64,000 bases of DNA, from contig CAWDLW010000042.1 in assembly GCA_963803145.1 (NCBI GenBank), positions 1-64,000 of the forward strand, written 5' to 3'. The position numbers and the translations under genes were made by a program. Below are positions 59,719-64,000 of the stretch, piece by piece (position 1 is the first letter of the stretch; each line of letters opens with the position of its first letter). Under the pieces are notes generated by a model. The model saw only the letters and a list, made by a program, of their open reading frames with translations. It searched no databases and was not told where the DNA came from. This DNA comes from Methanotrichaceae archaeon. Its GTDB lineage: Archaea > Halobacteriota > Methanosarcinia > Methanotrichales > Methanotrichaceae.

Positions 59719-60138
59719 ATGGTGAATAATAGCGTTAGCTTTAGCCATCTACGAATACTTCTTGCCGAAGATGACGCGACAACCAGAAAGGTCATTCTGC
59801 TGATGCTCGAGCGCTTAGGATATAAGGCGGATGTAGCTCTAAATGGTCTTGAAGTTTTACAGGCACTTGAAATGAAGCCATACGACCTAGTGCTCATGGA
59901 TATAGTGATGCCCAAAATGGATGGACTTGAGGCGGCCAGCAAGATCCGTAAGCGTTGGAAGGATTGGCCGAAGATAATTGCATTCACAGCATATCTGCTT
60001 CCCGATATAATGGAAAAGTGTACCGAGGCTGGTATGGATGGTTACCTTGCGAAGCCTGTACGCCTAAATGAGATGCAGGCTGTGCTCAAGCACTTTGATT
60101 TCATTACGGCAGCTAAAAATTCAGTGCCGCCACAGTAG
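59719..60138 (+). CDS. Single-domain response regulator
   Basis: ILLAEDD, MDIVMPKMDG, AKP. Confidence 0.9.
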   Translation: MVNNSVSFSHLRILLAEDDATTRKVILLMLERLGYKADVALNGLEVLQALEMKPYDLVLMDIVMPKMDGLEAASKIRKRWKDWPKIIAFTAYLLPDIMEKCTEAGMDGYLAKPVRLNEMQAVLKHFDFITAAKNSVPPQ

Positions 60139-60368
60139 TATACCTTTTCGTTAACTTACTTTAAAATATAAGAATAATGGCTATATCAGGTTTTATTAAT
60201 GTACGCTATTTTTTGTAATATTAAAGCCTCTGATACATGAACGTAACATATGAAAATTATTCATCCTGAAGAGCACTATCAGGCTCTTTTAACCTGTAAA
60301 TGATTTCTATTATCCAAAAGAGCTTTGAACGTTGGGAAATATAATTTAATTTCTGCGGTGAGATTAAG

Positions 60369-61616
60369 TTGAAGATTATCTGCGCCTACAATGTGAACTT
60401 AGATGCCGTACACAGCATAAACGGAAACGAGATATCCGAGCTGATCAGCCGCATGGGTGTAAAGCCAACGCTCGCGCTTCCAGAGATCATATCAAGTATG
60501 GATGATTTTTTCTCGGGGCTTCTTTTCTGTATGAAAACAGGATCGGGAACTGAGCTGCTCATCGATAATCCCGAGGTTGCAGGCATAATCAAAGGCATAT
60601 TCACATGGACTGATCGGCTCGGAGGAAATGCAGGCAACATGGCGAATGCAATGGCTGCCCAGGGAGCTGAGCCTGTTCTAAATGTTCCTGCGCTCACAAA
60701 AAAGCTGTCGTCTCTGCTGGATCCGAATATTAAAGTTCCGAAGAAAGGTGAGCTTGTTTCTCCGGTCGAGGCAATTAGGGATGATGAGGGTCCTGTTCAC
60801 TTCGTTCTTCAGTTCGAAAAGGGTGCGGCTGCTAGCGTTTCTAGCGAAAAGATTGCCTCCCCAAGGGAGAACAGGCTTATAGCGACCTACGATGAGCTGA
60901 ACGGAAGGATCTATACCGATCCTGATTTCGATGCTTACTGTAGAGATAATATTGATAAAGTGGAGGGAGCCTTGGTTGGGGGTTTCCATCTCGTGCCTTT
61001 ATCGGATTATAGGAAGCTTCTTGATAGAAGGATCGATCAAATCGGCTCTTGGAAGGAGAGCAAGCCGGATTTATTCATCCATGCTGAGATGGGGAACTTC
61101 CAGAGGCCTGAGGCAATGATGTATCTGCTGGGACGCCTCAAGTCCGATAGCGTGGGAATGAATGAGGATGAGCTGGCGACGATTTACAGCTTCGTGCCCG
61201 GCTGGAGAGGTGTTCTTGGCGCTGTACAGGGTCTGCGCTCAAAGTTCAAATTTGCAAGGATCTGCGTCCACACTAGGGATTACATACTAAGCGTAATTCA
61301 TGATATACTCAGTCCTGATGAGGAAGTAGAGTCTCTGGCCTACGGGGCAGATGTAGCTGCAACGCTTGCTGCTACTGGAATAGTTATGAAGCCGTTATCA
61401 GGCAAGATAAATCCCATTGGGGCATCAATTGTTGAGGAGTTTTGCCGGTCTGGCGCAAAGCGGTCAGGCCGAGGAGCGTATTTACAATCAAATGATGATA
61501 ATATCTGCATAGTTCCATCTCAATCTGTGATGCACCCCAGGATAACCGTCGGTCTGGGGGATGTTATGACAGCCTCGGTCTTTTACCGCGAGGCTCTATC
61601 GCGACAGAATCATTAA
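60369..61616 (+). CDS. ADP-dependent phosphofructokinase/glucokinase
   Basis: AYNVNLDA, GGNAGNMAN, RENRLI, GMNEDE, TVGLGD. Confidence 0.9.
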   Translation: MKIICAYNVNLDAVHSINGNEISELISRMGVKPTLALPEIISSMDDFFSGLLFCMKTGSGTELLIDNPEVAGIIKGIFTWTDRLGGNAGNMANAMAAQGAEPVLNVPALTKKLSSLLDPNIKVPKKGELVSPVEAIRDDEGPVHFVLQFEKGAAASVSSEKIASPRENRLIATYDELNGRIYTDPDFDAYCRDNIDKVEGALVGGFHLVPLSDYRKLLDRRIDQIGSWKESKPDLFIHAEMGNFQRPEAMMYLLGRLKSDSVGMNEDELATIYSFVPGWRGVLGAVQGLRSKFKFARICVHTRDYILSVIHDILSPDEEVESLAYGADVAATLAATGIVMKPLSGKINPIGASIVEEFCRSGAKRSGRGAYLQSNDDNICIVPSQSVMHPRITVGLGDVMTASVFYREALSRQNH

Positions 61617-61638
61617 CCAAGAGATAGATGCGCCAGGT

Positions 61639-62475
61639 ATGAATAAGCTGGATTATACTATATTGATATTATTGGTAATATCCCTTCTTATGCCGGCCTA
61701 CACCTCCGAGAGTGCATGGACTGAGGTGCCATGGAATGATAATTCCTCGATAACCAAAGGCCAGGATTCGATTCTTCCGAATCTACTACCCTTTGATATC
61801 TCAGGCGAAGAGCCCCAGGCATTCTATCTTGGGAGCGAAGAGGTTCCATATTCAGAGTACACTTCCCATGCCAGATCCAGCGAGCTGTGGGTCAGGGATA
61901 ATGCCATAGTTAAAACTGGGAATAATACCAGTAGCAACGCAATATGGAAGCAATACATTCAGATACATCAGGGCGATAGGGTTGATCTTGTTGCCTATAT
62001 GCCAAGGGAAGGCCACGCAGATATCTACAGGATTTCCTACAGCAAAGGCATTACTTCCCATAAAGGGTATGACCTTTTTTCTGGCTATTATAATATGATG
62101 ATTGATGTTGATGAGATCGGCAGGATCTTCCTCCTTCTAGTTTCAGATAACCACCCAAGCGCCGTGATGCTGGATGTTCTGCCTGCGGTAGAGAAACCAT
62201 CCAGTGTACCGGTTGATGTAAGGGCATCGCTGCCCGGAAAAGCAAAGATAACCGTAGAATCTGAAAAAGTGAAGGGCTATGACGTATACGTCGATGGTGC
62301 ATTCTACAGCAGCGATATGGCCGATGACACAATGGATGGCATATCGACCTTCTACTTGGAGGGAGATAGGATGTATACGATAACCATCTCGAAAAGAGAT
62401 ATCACAGGCGCCGTCTACAAGAACGATTATAGAAGAAGCTTTAAGGGAGGAAATGCCTATATCCTGAGGATATAG
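61639..62475 (+). CDS. Secreted hypothetical protein
   Basis: 278 aa with signal peptide, beta-rich. Confidence 0.75.
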   Translation: MNKLDYTILILLVISLLMPAYTSESAWTEVPWNDNSSITKGQDSILPNLLPFDISGEEPQAFYLGSEEVPYSEYTSHARSSELWVRDNAIVKTGNNTSSNAIWKQYIQIHQGDRVDLVAYMPREGHADIYRISYSKGITSHKGYDLFSGYYNMMIDVDEIGRIFLLLVSDNHPSAVMLDVLPAVEKPSSVPVDVRASLPGKAKITVESEKVKGYDVYVDGAFYSSDMADDTMDGISTFYLEGDRMYTITISKRDITGAVYKNDYRRSFKGGNAYILRI

Positions 62476-62508
62476 GCTTCAGTTATTATTATGACGAACT
62501 AACTGGTT

Positions 62509-63003
62509 TCAACGAACAGAGCCGAGAACGATTTTTCCTCCGGGCCCGCTATTGGATCTGCCCTTTGTGCCCATTACAAATGCGAAGTCGGTAGTAGTGC
62601 CCGTATTCTTGCCATCTGGTATTCTGGACCATGTGAAGTCGTTATGGCTTATATCGCTAAAGGAAGGTGTCTTATCAACTAAATTGCCGGCACTATCCGT
62701 GAGGGATACAGTTCCGTTTATGCTCTGGTCCCATCTAGGGTCGCCCTCTGCGACATAGAATCCCTTAGGGTCAATTGACCCTTTTAGTCCGATCGGCCCT
62801 GTCCAGGGTCCATCTATGATCGTAACCGTCCAGCCTGTGAGGTCTACCGCCGCATCGCCTGTGTTATAAAGCTCCACCCATTTGGTGCCGTTATCAGGAG
62901 GGCTCAGCTCCACCTCATTAACAACCACAGCGCAAAGTCCAAGGCTGCCTGCCAAAAGTACAACAAGCGATGCCAGAAGCATCTTTTTAATGATTGAACT
63001 CAT
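62509..63003 (-). CDS. Secreted lamin-tail-domain protein
   Basis: VVVNEVE, WVELYN, VDLTGW, TWSRIPDG, T.GRSN. Confidence 0.85.
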   Translation of the reverse strand: MSSIIKKMLLASLVVLLAGSLGLCAVVVNEVELSPPDNGTKWVELYNTGDAAVDLTGWTVTIIDGPWTGPIGLKGSIDPKGFYVAEGDPRWDQSINGTVSLTDSAGNLVDKTPSFSDISHNDFTWSRIPDGKNTGTTTDFAFVMGTKGRSNSGPGGKIVLGSVR

Positions 63004-63077
63004 ATGAACTCCACTCCTTGCGAATATCGATATCTTTTGCTAACGCAATATAGATCTTTTCTGAAGCAGATCTTTGC

Positions 63078-63551
63078 TTAAACCTGATTTGATCTGCCCT
63101 TGGTAGCATAGGCGAATCCCCAATCACCGTTAGTATTTGTGTTATGCCCATCGGGATTTCTTCCCCACGTGAGGTCATTATGGAGAGGATCCGTCCTATA
63201 AGGGGTCTTATCAATAATAGCCCCAGATTCCGAGTAAAGGGTTACAAAGCCGCCGTTGTCGTGATTCCACTGCTGGTTGCCGTTCAGAACGTAAAATCCG
63301 TTTGGAGGAATTATCGTTCCCGCAGGCACTATCATCTTGCCGACCCAGCCGCCATCGGTTATTGTGGCGCTCCAATTGCTTATATCAACGCTATCGTTGC
63401 CGCTGTTGTAAAGCTCAACCCAATTCAATCCGCCATCAGGCGGATTCAGTTCCATTTCATTTACAACCACACTACCAGTGGCGGTTGCTGCGAGTGCCAT
63501 AACGAATAGCAGATAGTAAATAGCCAGTGATTTTATCCTCAAGCAAAGCAC
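63078..63551 (-). CDS. Secreted lamin-tail-domain protein (tandem paralog)
   Basis: VVVNEME, WVELYN, DISNW, TWGRNPDG, TKGRSN. Confidence 0.85.
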   Translation of the reverse strand: MLCLRIKSLAIYYLLFVMALAATATGSVVVNEMELNPPDGGLNWVELYNSGNDSVDISNWSATITDGGWVGKMIVPAGTIIPPNGFYVLNGNQQWNHDNGGFVTLYSESGAIIDKTPYRTDPLHNDLTWGRNPDGHNTNTNGDWGFAYATKGRSNQV

Positions 63552-63749
63552 CTTTCCAACTTTGAACGTTATTCAGATCTTGAACGTTTTGGAGTTTGAA
63601 TGCATTTCAGAGCCTGTATTCTAGTATATTACAATATCGAGGCATCTGTTAGAGATCGATCCATAGAGGGCTATATAAGCAACCAAAAATTAATTAATCC
63701 TAAGAACGGTCCTAACTAAATATAGACTTAGATATTAAGGGAGGTAGAG

Positions 63750-64000
63750 ATGATCACATACTACAAAAGGGGCAGCCCAGTGGCGCTCTCTAAGTTGCTC
63801 TTTGTATTTTTTATATGCCTTGCGACGGCCCAATGTCAAGGTGCCAGTCCGGCATGCCATAGTATGGATATCGGAAATTATGCAAATGTGAGCTTTTGTA
63901 TACCTGCAGAGGCATCCGTGGTTCCAGGGACCTTAACAGAAGACAACTACTCTCAGGGTGAAGACGTGATAATGAGTCTGTTGCTGAACGGTAGCAAAGT
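63750..64000 (+). CDS. Secreted hypothetical protein (partial, runs off the window)
   Basis: GGAGGT RBS, ATG, signal-like segment, open to the end. Confidence 0.6.
   Translation, partial: MITYYKRGSPVALSKLLFVFFICLATAQCQGASPACHSMDIGNYANVSFCIPAEASVVPGTLTEDNYSQGEDVIMSLLLNGSK

Overview
The window is archaeal and most likely comes from a Methanotrichales/Methanothrix-like methanogen. This is inferred from chromosomal protein MC1, the PoK/PPS/CoaBC CoA pathway, intron-containing tRNAs, an ADP-dependent kinase, and a non-discriminating AspRS with GatCAB. Housekeeping blocks (coa, gatCAB, aspS, paaK-ACT, dut, trm5, mgtA, hcp) alternate with accessory regions. These hold a decayed toxin-antitoxin patch with an IS110 inserted in a local repeat, two near-identical IS1-family copies, IS remnants and two MITEs. 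The most striking unannotated feature is a ~500-nt, highly structured intergenic RNA candidate (about 11499-12007) next to the MC1 gene. Its motifs and helix order resemble the bacterial OLE RNA as I remember it, which needs a covariance-model search to confirm. The window also contains a three-member family of promoter-bearing small hairpin RNAs with anti-Shine-Dalgarno-like loops, and several other structured sRNA candidates. Notable protein systems are a split membrane-anchored Cas4, a HydCBA-like plus NfnA flavo-FeS operon with no Mo or H-cluster site, and an SLC5 sensor fused to DUF835 domains beside a degenerate KaiC. An IS1-end-mediated inversion splits a membrane-protein gene. All structures were read by eye; no folding program or database search was run.
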